From positions 288,001 through 352,000 of the forward strand of contig CAWIAD010000002.1 of assembly GCA_963833985.1 (NCBI GenBank): 64,000 nucleotides of DNA, in the 5' to 3' direction. Positions 21,766-31,587 of the stretch are shown piece by piece. The notes below the pieces were generated by a model, which was given only the letters and a program-made list of their open reading frames with translations, made no database searches and was not told the origin of the DNA. Source of the stretch: an uncultured Planctomycetaceae bacterium. GTDB taxonomy: Bacteria; Planctomycetota; Planctomycetia; Isosphaerales; Isosphaeraceae. Position 1 is the stretch's first letter. Every line of letters starts with the position of its first letter. Position numbers and translations under genes: made by a program.

Positions 21766-22170
21766 ATGCAGTATGAAATCAACAGCGCGAGTCGCCTGCC
21801 GATCTACCAGCAACTGGTGCAGCAGGTGCGCGAGGCGGTGGCACGCGGCGACCTGAAGCCGGACGAGCAGCTTCCGTCGGTGCGCCAGCTCTCACGTGAT
21901 CTCGTGATCAACCCCAACACGGTGGCCCGAGCCTATACCGAGCTCGAACGCGAGGGGTTGCTCAACAACCGCCCCGGGCGCGGCGTGTTCGTGGCCGAGC
22001 CGAAGGACGAGCTGACCAGGGACGCCCGGCGCAGGCGGTTGCTGGACGTACTCGACAGGTTCCTCACCGAGGCCGTGCACCTGGCGTTCTCGGAGGAAGA
22101 GGTGTTGCGGCTCGTGGCGAGCCGGTCACGGCAGTTTCAGTGGAACCCGGCCAGGGCAAGCTCGAAATGA
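21766..22170 (+). CDS. GntR family regulator, YtrA subfamily
   Basis: PIYQQL, LPSVRQLSRDLVINPNTVARAYTELEREG, GRGVFV; short C-terminus; precedes ABC genes. Confidence 0.95.
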   Translation: MQYEINSASRLPIYQQLVQQVREAVARGDLKPDEQLPSVRQLSRDLVINPNTVARAYTELEREGLLNNRPGRGVFVAEPKDELTRDARRRRLLDVLDRFLTEAVHLAFSEEEVLRLVASRSRQFQWNPARASSK

Positions 22171-22185
22171 GTGCGAGGCGACAAG

Positions 22186-23142
22186 ATGACGCATGCCATC
22201 TCTACTGATCATCTCACGAAGTATTACGGTACGCGATGCGTGGTCAACAGCCTGAACCTGCAAGTCCCCGCCGGGACGGTGTATGGCTTCCTGGGGCGGA
22301 ACGGGGCGGGCAAGTCGACGACCATCAAGATGCTGCTCGGGATGGTCCAGCCCAGTTGCGGCAAGGTCGAGCTGCTCGGGCACGAGGTCGCCAGCCTGCC
22401 TTCCGAGCTTCGGGGACGCATTGCTTACCTGGCGGAGGGGCATCCGCTCTACGGCTGGATGACCGTGGCCGAGGCGGCACGGTTTGCCCGCGCCTTCCAT
22501 CCGGCCCGCTGGAATCAGCAGTTGCTGGACCAGATCCTCGATCATTTTGAAATCCCACCACAGGCGAAGCTGCGCCGCCTGTCGAACGGGCAGCGCGCCA
22601 ATGTCGCCCTGTCGCTGGCCATCGCCCCCGATCCTGACCTGCTCATCCTGGACGACCCCACGCTCGGCCTGGATACGGTGACTCGCCGTGATTTCCTGAT
22701 GTCCATGGTCCACCTGGTTCAGCGTCAGGGTCGGACGATCCTCTTCAGCTCGCACATCCTGGCCGACGTCGAGCGCGTGGCCGATCGGATCGGCATCCTC
22801 GTCGACGGCGTGCTGCGGGTGGACTGTCCGACCGAACACTTCAAGCAAGGCGTCCGCAAGGTGGTACTCGAGTTCCCCGGCCCGCCGCCGCCGTTCCCCG
22901 GCTGTGCGGGGCTGGTCCAGGCGTGGCAGGTGGGCCACCGTCTCGAGCTGGTGATCGTCGGTTTCGGGCCGGACCAGCGCCAGGTGATCGAATCACTCTC
23001 GCCCCTCTCCTGGGATGTCGCTGGGCTGAACCTGGAAGACGCCTTCGTCGCGTACACGCGTGGCCCCCGGCGGTCGTTGCCCGCGTTCAGTGAGGAAACG
23101 ACTCCGGATCCCCAGGTCTCCAGCGATCGAGGAGCCGCATGA
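22186..23142 (+). CDS. ABC transporter ATP-binding protein (YtrB-like)
   Basis: GRNGAGKST, LSNGQR, LILDDP (Walker B Glu replaced by Asp), SSH. Confidence 0.93.
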   Translation: MTHAISTDHLTKYYGTRCVVNSLNLQVPAGTVYGFLGRNGAGKSTTIKMLLGMVQPSCGKVELLGHEVASLPSELRGRIAYLAEGHPLYGWMTVAEAARFARAFHPARWNQQLLDQILDHFEIPPQAKLRRLSNGQRANVALSLAIAPDPDLLILDDPTLGLDTVTRRDFLMSMVHLVQRQGRTILFSSHILADVERVADRIGILVDGVLRVDCPTEHFKQGVRKVVLEFPGPPPPFPGCAGLVQAWQVGHRLELVIVGFGPDQRQVIESLSPLSWDVAGLNLEDAFVAYTRGPRRSLPAFSEETTPDPQVSSDRGAA

Positions 23143-24609
23143 TCATGAGTGCTTTCCGCGTTTCTCTGGTGCGCCGGCTCGCCTGGGGGGCGACCCTGGC
23201 GCTGGGATTCGGCACCGCCTGGATGTTCGTGCTGATCCTGCTCGCCACCTGGGTTCAAGAGGCGTGGCGAGTCGGTGACTCCAGCCCTGTCGAGAGGCTC
23301 GTGGTCAGATCGGACGGTACACTTCTGGTCCAGAGCTACCCGACCGACCATCCTGGCGAGTGGACCTTTCGCGACCTGGAAGGCCGTCCGCAAGTCGCTC
23401 CCGATCATGACGATCAGATTCCGGCGGTGTACCTCTCCGGAGAGCCCCGGAAGGCAGGCTACTTCACCACGCGGCCCGACTGGAATTCGAGGATGAAGCC
23501 CTTCTTGAATGAGAAAGCGCCAGACATCAACTGGTTCTTCGTCTACGACGGCAAGCCGGATGGCGCGGGTTACTTCGTCGCCTATGACCGCCCAAGCAAA
23601 CGGCGCATCGGCTTTCTTGGGATGTCGGGCTTTCACGCGGAGCCCGTGCCACCCGCCGACTGGATCCCGGTACACGGGCTACCGGCAAGCTCGGTACCGC
23701 TGTCCATCTACTCAAATCGCTGGTCGATGAATCCCGGACTCCACGACATCCCGCCACGCTGGGCTTACGCGCCGGCTGGAAATGTACTGCGCAAGGTGGA
23801 TCTCGCCGCGCGGTCTGTCACGACCGTGCTGGAGGATCAGGAGCCGATTGTCGCGGTGGGCGTTCCCGGGATCAGCTCCTGGTACGGCGGTAGTCCGACG
23901 AAGGAAAGAACCGTTCTCGTGCGGACGACACACCAGATCCAGGAACTTGATCGGAACGACCATGCTGCCAAGGTTTTCACGATTCCATCCGGGGTCGACC
24001 GGCAGAGCCAGGTGGAATGGTACGAGCTGGAGAACGGCCAGGCGATCGCGGTCATCGACATGGTACGGCCGACCGGAGAAGAGAACAGCCTGCCCAGGCG
24101 GATGGTCTACCGGATCAGTAGCGACCGCACCATCCAGAATGAATTCGAGCTGCACTTGCAGTTCGGATCATCGGGCCCAGGTCAGCCAATACTGGCACTG
24201 GAGACCGGCCTGTCAGTACCGTCGCCTGTGATGCTGTCTGGCCTTGCGCTCCTCTTCGGAACCGAGTCCGGACCGCCTCAGAACAGTTAGGCGACTGCCA
24301 CCTCGCTTTTGAATGTTTTCTTGCCTTCCTTGCTGGCCGCCCTGGTGTTGTCGCTGATCCTGGCCGGCCTGGCCTGGCGGCGCAGGCCGTGCATTCGGGC
24401 TTTCCCGCCGGGAGCAACTCTCCTGGGCAGTCTTCGTGCTCCTCTTCGGCCTGCCGGCTTATGCGGGCTTTCGACTCCATCGCCGCTGGCCGGTCCGGCT
24501 GGGTTGTCCGCTTTGCCATGCCCGGGTTCCTCGCGACCGTGAAACCTGCGCGGATTGCGGAGCACGCTTCCCGGATCCGAGTCTCCAGGGGATCGAGGTC
24601 TTCGCCTGA
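23139..24609 (+). CDS. Membrane protein with a large extracytoplasmic domain and a C-terminal Zn ribbon (in-frame TAG at 24288, frameshift near 24385)
   Basis: Frame continues past the TAG into TM 'FLPSLLAALVLSLILAGL'; the shifted frame gives 'WAVFVLLFGLPAY...CPLC...CADC...GIEVFA*'. Confidence 0.6.
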
Positions 24610-24702
24610 GCTGAAGGCAAGGCAAGACATCAGTAAACGTAATGCCATTAAACCAAGCTCGCTCGTTGTTCTTTGCGGTGCACTGTTGCGGGAGCAATCC
24701 GA

Positions 24703-25384
24703 ATGGTCCTGGCCATCGTCCGGAAAGAGCTGCGTGAAACCTGGCTGTTCTCCGCACTCGCGCTGGGGCTGTACGCGCTTTACCTGTGCAGACTCACGGG
24801 GACATCAAACTTCCTGCTCGATCGACTTGGCGGGTGGATCCCGGGGATGAATGTCGAGACGCCCGAAGTTCCCTTTGTCCAGGGTAACTTCTCGACCATG
24901 TTGTTCTTCATCGGAGCCGCGCTGGCGATTGCGCCTGGGGTTTCGCCAGTCGGCCTGGGAGCCAAGCCAGGGGACAGCGCTCTACCTGCTGCACCTTCCT
25001 CTCACCCGCCGCTCGCTCTTCTTGAGCAAGCTGCTCACGGGGATCGGTCTGCTGCTCGCCTGCACACTCTTGCCGATCCTGATCTATGCGGCCTGGGCCG
25101 CACTGCCGGGAATGCATGCCGGTCCGTTTGAATGGTCGATGGCCTGGCCGGCGTTTCAAGTCTGGCTTTTCATGCCGGTTGTTTACCTCGGAGCCTTTGC
25201 CAGCGGCATCCGCCCGGCGCGCTGGTACGGCTCGCGGCTCCTGCCCCTGGTCGCCGTGGCACCTGCCGGTTCCCTGATAATCGCACCGATGCCGTGGTGG
25301 CTAATAGTCGCCCCGCTCGTTCTGCTCATGGCGCTGGCTCTGATAAGTGATATCCTCTGTGAAGCAGCAACACGCGATTTTTAG
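24703..25384 (+). CDS. ABC-2 type permease (frameshift near 24930)
   Basis: 'MVLAIVRKELRE', 'E.SQGTALYLLHLPLTRRSLFLSKLLTG', about 6 TM helices. Confidence 0.8.
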
Positions 25385-25414
25385 GATACTGCATATACTT
25401 GCCCATCCCATGAA

Positions 25415-25840
25415 TCAACCGACGCCCAAGACTGTAGATCCCGTGGCGATCACCGGCGACCTCGGAGGATCGCGCTGGGTGGCAGGGTGGTCGCGATGCT
25501 CGCCGAGGAACGCCGGGAGGCCGGCCGGCCCTTTGTCGAAGCCGTAGACCCGGATGGCGACGCCCATCCTCTTCTCGACGGCCGTGGCCTCGCGCTCGAG
25601 AACCAGCGGCCCGTCGCCCCCCGCGACACCGAACTCGATCACGGATATCGCGCCGACTCCCGCTCGCACCGCCCGCCGGGCATCTTGATGCACCCCGACG
25701 AGATACGCCGGACGCTCGGAGATATCCCACAGGGCGCGCATCGAGGCCGGCACCGCGAAGCCCTTCAACAACGTACGGACGAAGACACGGAACGGCGGTT
25801 CGAATGCCAATCTCTTCAACGGTCCCGCCAGTGCATTCAT
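25415..25840 (-). pseudogene. Truncated TylF/MycF-like O-methyltransferase
   Basis: 'RPAY..GV', 'ISVIEFGVAGG', 'VYGFD.G..GLP....RDHP', then similarity stops; no C-terminal half seen in any frame. Confidence 0.55.
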
Positions 25841-25976
25841 TGCGGTTGTCGATACCAGAATCCGGCTCCGTGCGGCTCGTGCCGTCGCGATGCTCCGACC
25901 TCAAAGCAGGTCCGCAGAAGTCTTCGGTCAGGATTCGACAGACTGATGCGATACCGAATGGCTGGGCAGCCTGCTC

Positions 25977-26200
25977 GTGGGACAAGATTGCATTCTTGTC
26001 ACTTCTTCTATCTGATGAACCTGGAATTGCACGATTGGAATCGTACCCTGCGAGAAGAGCATCCGGCCGCTCCTTGTGGGCCACGATACCCGATCGTGTC
26101 ACTGCTTCGATCTCCTTGTGGGGCAAGATTCCATTCTTGTCACTTCTTCTATCTGATGAACCTAGAATGGCACGATTGGAATCGTACCCCACGAGAAGAG
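25977..26200. repeat. REP/REPIN cluster: two ~75-bp REPINs (141-bp period) plus one lone REP
   Basis: GTGGG(G/A)CAAGATT(C/G)CATTCTTGTCA paired with an inverted T(G/T)GCACGATTGGAATCGTACCC; copies 25977-26051 and 26118-26192; extra unit 26076-26101. Confidence 0.8.
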
Positions 26201-26540
26201 CGGCCAGGCAGGCGGGCAAGAAGCTGCTGGAGCTCTCAGCCCCGGGCAAGCGACCTGTGATCCTGTCCAGAGACTTCTGCGGACCTGCTTGGATAATGCG
26301 GCAGCCGGAATTGTTCAATCCAGACCGTGAACGGATCGTTCCCGCCTCATGATAGCCATCTCCCCGGCACGCACACTTTCGGGTAGAAAGAACGGCAGGC
26401 GCTTCCTGGTAAGGCCCAGATCATTGCGCTGACGGTCCCAAAAGAATGCGAGCACTCCATCGAATAGCTCCCGGCTCGGCGATTCCGCGCGATCGCTGAT
26501 CTTGCCGTTTTTCCGCGCGAAGACCCCCGAGGATCAGACC

Positions 26541-28439
26541 ATGGTGCGCATGCAGTTGATGAACGCCGTCCTGACGCTACTTGCCGGCTCACTTCTCGGA
26601 TCAGGAGTCGCCGCACAAGAAAAGCCCAAGGAGGCCGCATCCGGGCCGGCTCAGCACGCCAGCAGCACGTCGGCCAGAGATGAGAAGAAAGCTCCCGAGA
26701 CACCCAAACCTCGGATCGCCGTCTTCCGGCTGGCCGGACCCGTTCAGGAGACACCCAGGGAAGAGATCTTCAACTTCGGCGGCGACACGGGAATTCCGCT
26801 TCAAACGCTGGTGACTCGCATGGACAAGGCCGCCAAGGACAGCGCCGTGAAGGCGGTCGTGATCCTGCTTGACCAGCCGGCCATCGGCGCGGCCCAGGTC
26901 GAGGAGCTGAGGGCGGCCATCGCGCGGCTGCGCGCGGCGGGCAAGGATGTCATCGCCCACGCCGATACGATCGGCACCATGGGCCAGTACGTCCTGCTCT
27001 CGGCAGCCTCGCACCTGAGCGTCGTTCCCACGGCCGACCTCTGGATCACGGGCGTCTACGGCGAAGCCCCCTACCTGCGCCGCCTGCTCGAGAAGATCGG
27101 AGTCAAGCCGGATTTCATGACCTGCGGCGACTACAAGAGCGCCGCCGAGATCTTCCTGCGCGAAGGACCCAGCAAGGAGGCTGAGGCCATGCAAAACTGG
27201 CTGCTCGACAGCCTCTACGACACCCAGGTAAAGCGCATCGCGGCCAGCCGCAAGGTCAGCCCCGAGCTGGTCAAAGCCTGGATCGACAGCGGCCCGCATT
27301 CCGCCGAGAAGGCCAGGGAGCTGGGCATGGTCGATACGGTCGAGCAACGGCAGGACCTGGAAGCGCGCCTGAAGGGGCGGTTCGGTAAAGACGTCGTGTT
27401 CGATCGCAAGTATGGCGGCAAGGCCGAGCCCAAGCTCGACGCCTCGTCGCCCTTCGGGCTGCTCAAGTTCTGGGGTGAGCTCCTGGGCGCTTCACGGCAG
27501 GCCGCCTCGAAGAAGCCGGCGATCGGCATTGTTTACGTCGAGGGGCCGATCACGCTGGGCGGTGAAGCGGCTTCGATGTTCCAGGACGCTGTCGCATCCA
27601 GCGCATCGATCCGGAAGGCCCTGAACGAGGCCGCCGATGACGATACGGTCAAGGCCGTCGTGCTGCGCGTCGATTCGCCGGGCGGCTCGGCGCTGGCGAG
27701 CGAGATCATTCTTGATGCCACCCGCCGCGTGAAGGACAAGAAGCCGTTCACCGTTTCGATGGGCAACGTGGCGGGGAGCGGGGGGTATTACGTGGCGTGT
27801 GCCGCCGACACCATCTTCGCCGACGACGCCACGATCACCGCCTCGATCGGCGTGGTCGGCGGCAAGCTTGCCACCAGCGGTCTGTACGACAAGCTGGGAG
27901 TCACGTTCAAATCGTACCGCCGCGGGCAGAATGCTGGGATGCTGGCTTCCAGCGAGGTTTTCACCGCCGGCGAACGGCTCAAGATGCGAACCTGGATGGA
28001 CGAGATCTACGGGGTGTTCAAGGGACACGTCACCGCCAGCCGGGGCAGCCGGCTCAAGAAGCCGATCGACGAGCTGGCCGGCGGGCGCGTCTTCACCGGC
28101 CGGCAGGCCCTCGAGCTCGGACTGGTCGATCGGATCGGCACCTTGCACGATGCCATCGGGCATGTCGCCTCTCAGGCGAAGCTGACCGACTACGATGTCC
28201 GCGTCATCCCCAAGCCAAAGTCGTTCCTGGAACAGCTTCTCGAAGATGGGAATGACAACGATGGCCGCAAGGGGCTGGACGTGGTTCACAAGCCGAACCT
28301 GCTCGAGCTGGCGCAGCCGTTCCTCCGCGCTTTCGACCCCGCGCGCGCCCAGCTCGTGCGCGTCGCACTCGGACGCCTGGAGCTGCTGAACCGCGAGGGC
28401 GTCATCCTCATGATGCCCGAGCTGGGCCTGGAACGCTGA
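26541..28439 (+). CDS. sppA: Signal peptide peptidase SppA, 67K type
   Basis: Tandem S49 domains; [46 protein letters not shown]. Confidence 0.93.
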   Translation: MVRMQLMNAVLTLLAGSLLGSGVAAQEKPKEAASGPAQHASSTSARDEKKAPETPKPRIAVFRLAGPVQETPREEIFNFGGDTGIPLQTLVTRMDKAAKDSAVKAVVILLDQPAIGAAQVEELRAAIARLRAAGKDVIAHADTIGTMGQYVLLSAASHLSVVPTADLWITGVYGEAPYLRRLLEKIGVKPDFMTCGDYKSAAEIFLREGPSKEAEAMQNWLLDSLYDTQVKRIAASRKVSPELVKAWIDSGPHSAEKARELGMVDTVEQRQDLEARLKGRFGKDVVFDRKYGGKAEPKLDASSPFGLLKFWGELLGASRQAASKKPAIGIVYVEGPITLGGEAASMFQDAVASSASIRKALNEAADDDTVKAVVLRVDSPGGSALASEIILDATRRVKDKKPFTVSMGNVAGSGGYYVACAADTIFADDATITASIGVVGGKLATSGLYDKLGVTFKSYRRGQNAGMLASSEVFTAGERLKMRTWMDEIYGVFKGHVTASRGSRLKKPIDELAGGRVFTGRQALELGLVDRIGTLHDAIGHVASQAKLTDYDVRVIPKPKSFLEQLLEDGNDNDGRKGLDVVHKPNLLELAQPFLRAFDPARAQLVRVALGRLELLNREGVILMMPELGLER

Positions 28440-28584
28440 ACGCCAGACCAAGGTGGTGGGCCGTGCCTCCCGCGGGGCCTGCCACCAATCTCCGCGACAA
28501 CTTTCAGGACTGTGGCGAAGGGTCCTCGACGACGCTAGGATCTGGGATGATCCGATCGCTGTCCTTCTCCAGGAGCCTGAAGTA

Positions 28585-29778
28585 ATGACGACGACGCAAC
28601 CCTTTCGCATTGCAATCTTGCTCTGCCTGTTCGCACTTTCCACCACGGCGCTTCCCCGCGCGGAGGCCCAGCCCCCGAGGCGGCCGCGCACGCCCAACGA
28701 CACGCTCAAGTCGACCGAGGTCGCGGACGACCACAAGGTCACATTCCGCATTTACGCTCCGAAAGCGGACGAGGTTTCCGTGGGTGGAGACTTCGGCCCG
28801 GGCGGCAAGCTCACCAAGGACGAGCAGGGCGTCTGGTCGATCACCGTCGGTCCGCTCACGCCCGACTTCTACAGCTACACGTTCAACGTCGACGGCGTTC
28901 GCACGGTCGATCCCAAGAACCCGATGATCAAGCAGGGAATCGGCAGCCTGGACAGCATGTTCCTGGTCCCAGGCCCGGAGGCGGAGTTCGAGGAAGCCCG
29001 CGACGTGCCCCACGGCGAGATCCGCACCGCCTGGTACCACTCGGGCACGCTCGACGCCCAGCGCCGGCTACACATCTACACGCCGCCCGGCTATGAAGGC
29101 AGCTCGGAGAAATACCCGGTCTTCTACCTGCTTCACGGCGCCGGTGATGAGGACTCGGGCTGGAGCACGATCGGCCGGGCCGGGTTCATCATGGACAACC
29201 TGCTGGCCGCGAACAAGTGCAAGCCAATGCTGGTCGTCATGCCCAACGGCAGCCTGCCGCGTCCCGCGAACATGCCCCAGCGGCCTCCCGCGGGCACCAC
29301 GCCAACGCCGGAAGCACGTGCGGCCATGGAGGCGTTCCAGAACCGGTTCACCAACGAGCTGCTCAAGGAGATCGTCCCGTTCGTGGAGAAGAACTATCGC
29401 GTGCTCTCCGGCAAGGACAATCGTGCTCTCGCCGGCCTCTCCATGGGCGGAGGCCAGACCCTGCGCGTGCTGGCGACCCATCCGGATCAGTTCGCATATG
29501 TGGCGATCTTCAGCGCGGGGATCTTCGGCGGCAACGCCGAGGAATGGGAGAAGCAGAACGCCGAGTTCCTGAATAGCCCCGACACGGTCAACCACGCAGT
29601 CAAGCTGCTGTCGATCAGCATCGGCGACAAGGACTTCCTGGTGGATGCGACGAAGGCGCTGGAGAGTGTGCTCGACAAGCACAGCATCAAGCACGAGTCG
29701 CACACCAGTGGTGGCGGCCACACCTGGGTGAACTGGCGGCACTATCTGTACGACTTCGCGCCAAAGCTCTTCCAGTGA
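28585..29778 (+). CDS. Secreted CE1-family esterase with N-terminal CBM48-like Ig domain
   Basis: Signal peptide; [37 protein letters not shown]. Confidence 0.9.
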   Translation: MTTTQPFRIAILLCLFALSTTALPRAEAQPPRRPRTPNDTLKSTEVADDHKVTFRIYAPKADEVSVGGDFGPGGKLTKDEQGVWSITVGPLTPDFYSYTFNVDGVRTVDPKNPMIKQGIGSLDSMFLVPGPEAEFEEARDVPHGEIRTAWYHSGTLDAQRRLHIYTPPGYEGSSEKYPVFYLLHGAGDEDSGWSTIGRAGFIMDNLLAANKCKPMLVVMPNGSLPRPANMPQRPPAGTTPTPEARAAMEAFQNRFTNELLKEIVPFVEKNYRVLSGKDNRALAGLSMGGGQTLRVLATHPDQFAYVAIFSAGIFGGNAEEWEKQNAEFLNSPDTVNHAVKLLSISIGDKDFLVDATKALESVLDKHSIKHESHTSGGGHTWVNWRHYLYDFAPKLFQ

Positions 29779-29780
29779 GT

Positions 29781-29804
29781 CCCGCTTGCCGCTGAGCAAG
29801 TGGG
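29781..29804 (+). terminator. Stem-loop just after the esterase stop codon
   Basis: CCCGCTTGC-CGCTGA-GCAAGTGGG; no U-tract. Confidence 0.35.
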
Positions 29805-30096
29805 CCATCGGGCGTTCTCGAGCCGTCCGTCGCAGCCGCTTCCGGCGCTGCGGGCCCAGGCCAGACAGTGCCAGGGTCAGCACTGCCGGAAGCGCGCTAC
29901 GGGGCTTTTCATCATCGTTCCGGCCGTTGCTTTGTGAACGAGCGAGACAGAGAGGCAAAAAGACTTTTCATGCACGTGACCATTCGCCAGAATGATGCGG
30001 CCTTCAATTCGGATCCTGTCGTAGCGGCAGCCCATGAGGCGAGAACCACACGTCCTATACTGCGATCTGAGCAGGCAGGAAAGCGAGTGCCGATCC

Positions 30097-31428
30097 ATGG
30101 CGATTACGTTTCAGTGCGAGTGCGGAAAAAAACTGTCGGCACGGGATGACCTGGCGGGACGGTCAGTGCGCTGTCCGTCGTGTACACAGGTCTTGAAAGT
30201 GCCCACACCACCCGCGGATCGATCCGACGAGAGCGAGCCGATGTACGCCCTCGAAGAGCCGTTCGTCCCCGACCCGGTGCCATCGCCTGACGCCGGATCG
30301 CAACCACAGCCTACGTTTCAGACCGAGTTCAGGCCGTCCCCGGTTCACGAGCTCACGGCAGTGCCTGCTGGGAGTCAAGTCCGCCACTCGCTCCGGGAAT
30401 ACCTTTACCTGGCCATAGGATTGGCCCTGATTCCCCTGTTCATCTCCCTTTGGCCGTCCAGGCAAACGCCGATCGAGGAGCGACTCGAGGCGACCATGGA
30501 GCGGGCCGGCGAAGAGACGCTGGCGCGCATCAAGGCCCTCGAAACTCAGGGCGGAGTGGACCTTGACGACCTGCTCGCGGTCCTGCCGGAAGGGAAGATC
30601 GACGCTTCGGCGCACCTCCCCCGCGCCACCTGGGTTCACTGGATGTACGGAGCGATGGCCGCGGCCGGCTTCTGGGCCTTCGCCCTGTTCCTCTTTCCCG
30701 CAGAGAAGCGCACGCCGTATCACCTGCTGCTGGTCGGGCTGTTCACGGGGACCTGCGGCATCATCCTTTTGCTTGGGTTCCAGTACGCTGCTTCGGCGAC
30801 CCAGGGCGTCTGGCTGCGCGGCCGCGGCGTGGTCATGGTCCTGTTCTACCTGGTGAAGTTCATTGGCTGGTCGTACGCCTCGGCCAATGATCCCGATTCG
30901 AACCTGTTCCTGAGCCTGGTTGGCTTCACGTGCGGAGTCGGACTCTGCGAGGAGCTCTGCAAGGCCTTGCCCCTTCTGGGCTACTATCGCCGCGATGCCC
31001 GCATGGGCTGGCGCGGCGCCGCGCTCTGGGGCCTGGCCTCGGGTGCGGGTTTCGGCGTCGCCGAGGGCATCATGTATTCCTCCCGCTATTACAACGGCAT
31101 CTCGCCGGTGGATATGTACCTGGTGCGGTTTGTCTCCTGCGTGGCCTTGCACGCCATCTGGACGGCCTCCGTGGGCATCACCATGTGGCGCAGGCAAGAA
31201 ACCGTTCAGGGTGACCTGGACTGGACCAGCTATGCCCTGGCGATCCTCCAGATCATCGCCGTGCCGATGGTTCTCCACGGCATCTACGACACCTTGCTGA
31301 AGAAGGACATGGATCTCTGGGCGACCGCCGCCGGCGTGGCCACGTTCGCCTGGTTCGCCATCCAGGTCGAGATGGCGCACCATGGCGAACGGAATCCAGG
31401 CACCGAGCGACGTCTCGCCCTGCAATGA
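30097..31428 (+). CDS. PrsW-family intramembrane protease with N-terminal Zn ribbon
   Basis: CECG..CPSC; GVGLCEELCK, GFGVAEG, LHAIWT, LHGIYD. Confidence 0.9.
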   Translation: MAITFQCECGKKLSARDDLAGRSVRCPSCTQVLKVPTPPADRSDESEPMYALEEPFVPDPVPSPDAGSQPQPTFQTEFRPSPVHELTAVPAGSQVRHSLREYLYLAIGLALIPLFISLWPSRQTPIEERLEATMERAGEETLARIKALETQGGVDLDDLLAVLPEGKIDASAHLPRATWVHWMYGAMAAAGFWAFALFLFPAEKRTPYHLLLVGLFTGTCGIILLLGFQYAASATQGVWLRGRGVVMVLFYLVKFIGWSYASANDPDSNLFLSLVGFTCGVGLCEELCKALPLLGYYRRDARMGWRGAALWGLASGAGFGVAEGIMYSSRYYNGISPVDMYLVRFVSCVALHAIWTASVGITMWRRQETVQGDLDWTSYALAILQIIAVPMVLHGIYDTLLKKDMDLWATAAGVATFAWFAIQVEMAHHGERNPGTERRLALQ

Positions 31429-31587
31429 GGCATGACGTCGCGACGGATCGTGGCGTCGTCCCCGGCCAGAGCACCAGTACCGCATACGGCGGTGTTCTGT
31501 CAACCCGGCATACCTGCATGGACCAGCTTGTCGGCGCAGCATGTATCGATTTGCATCACCAATGTTCCAGGTCCAGGGAGTCTCTTG

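Noticed and set aside
24288..24290. Pyrrolysine or amber read-through / alternative genetic code
   Set aside because: Single case; TAG ends other genes normally (rluE, rpoN, DUF4276); no pyl genes seen; a base error or mutation is more likely.
25977..26200. CRISPR array
   Set aside because: Units alternate in orientation, the spacers are duplicated rather than unique, and no cas genes are present; it fits REPINs.
28453..28487. GC hairpin after sppA as an intrinsic terminator
   Set aside because: Imperfect stem without a U-tract; cannot be told apart from a degenerate REP.
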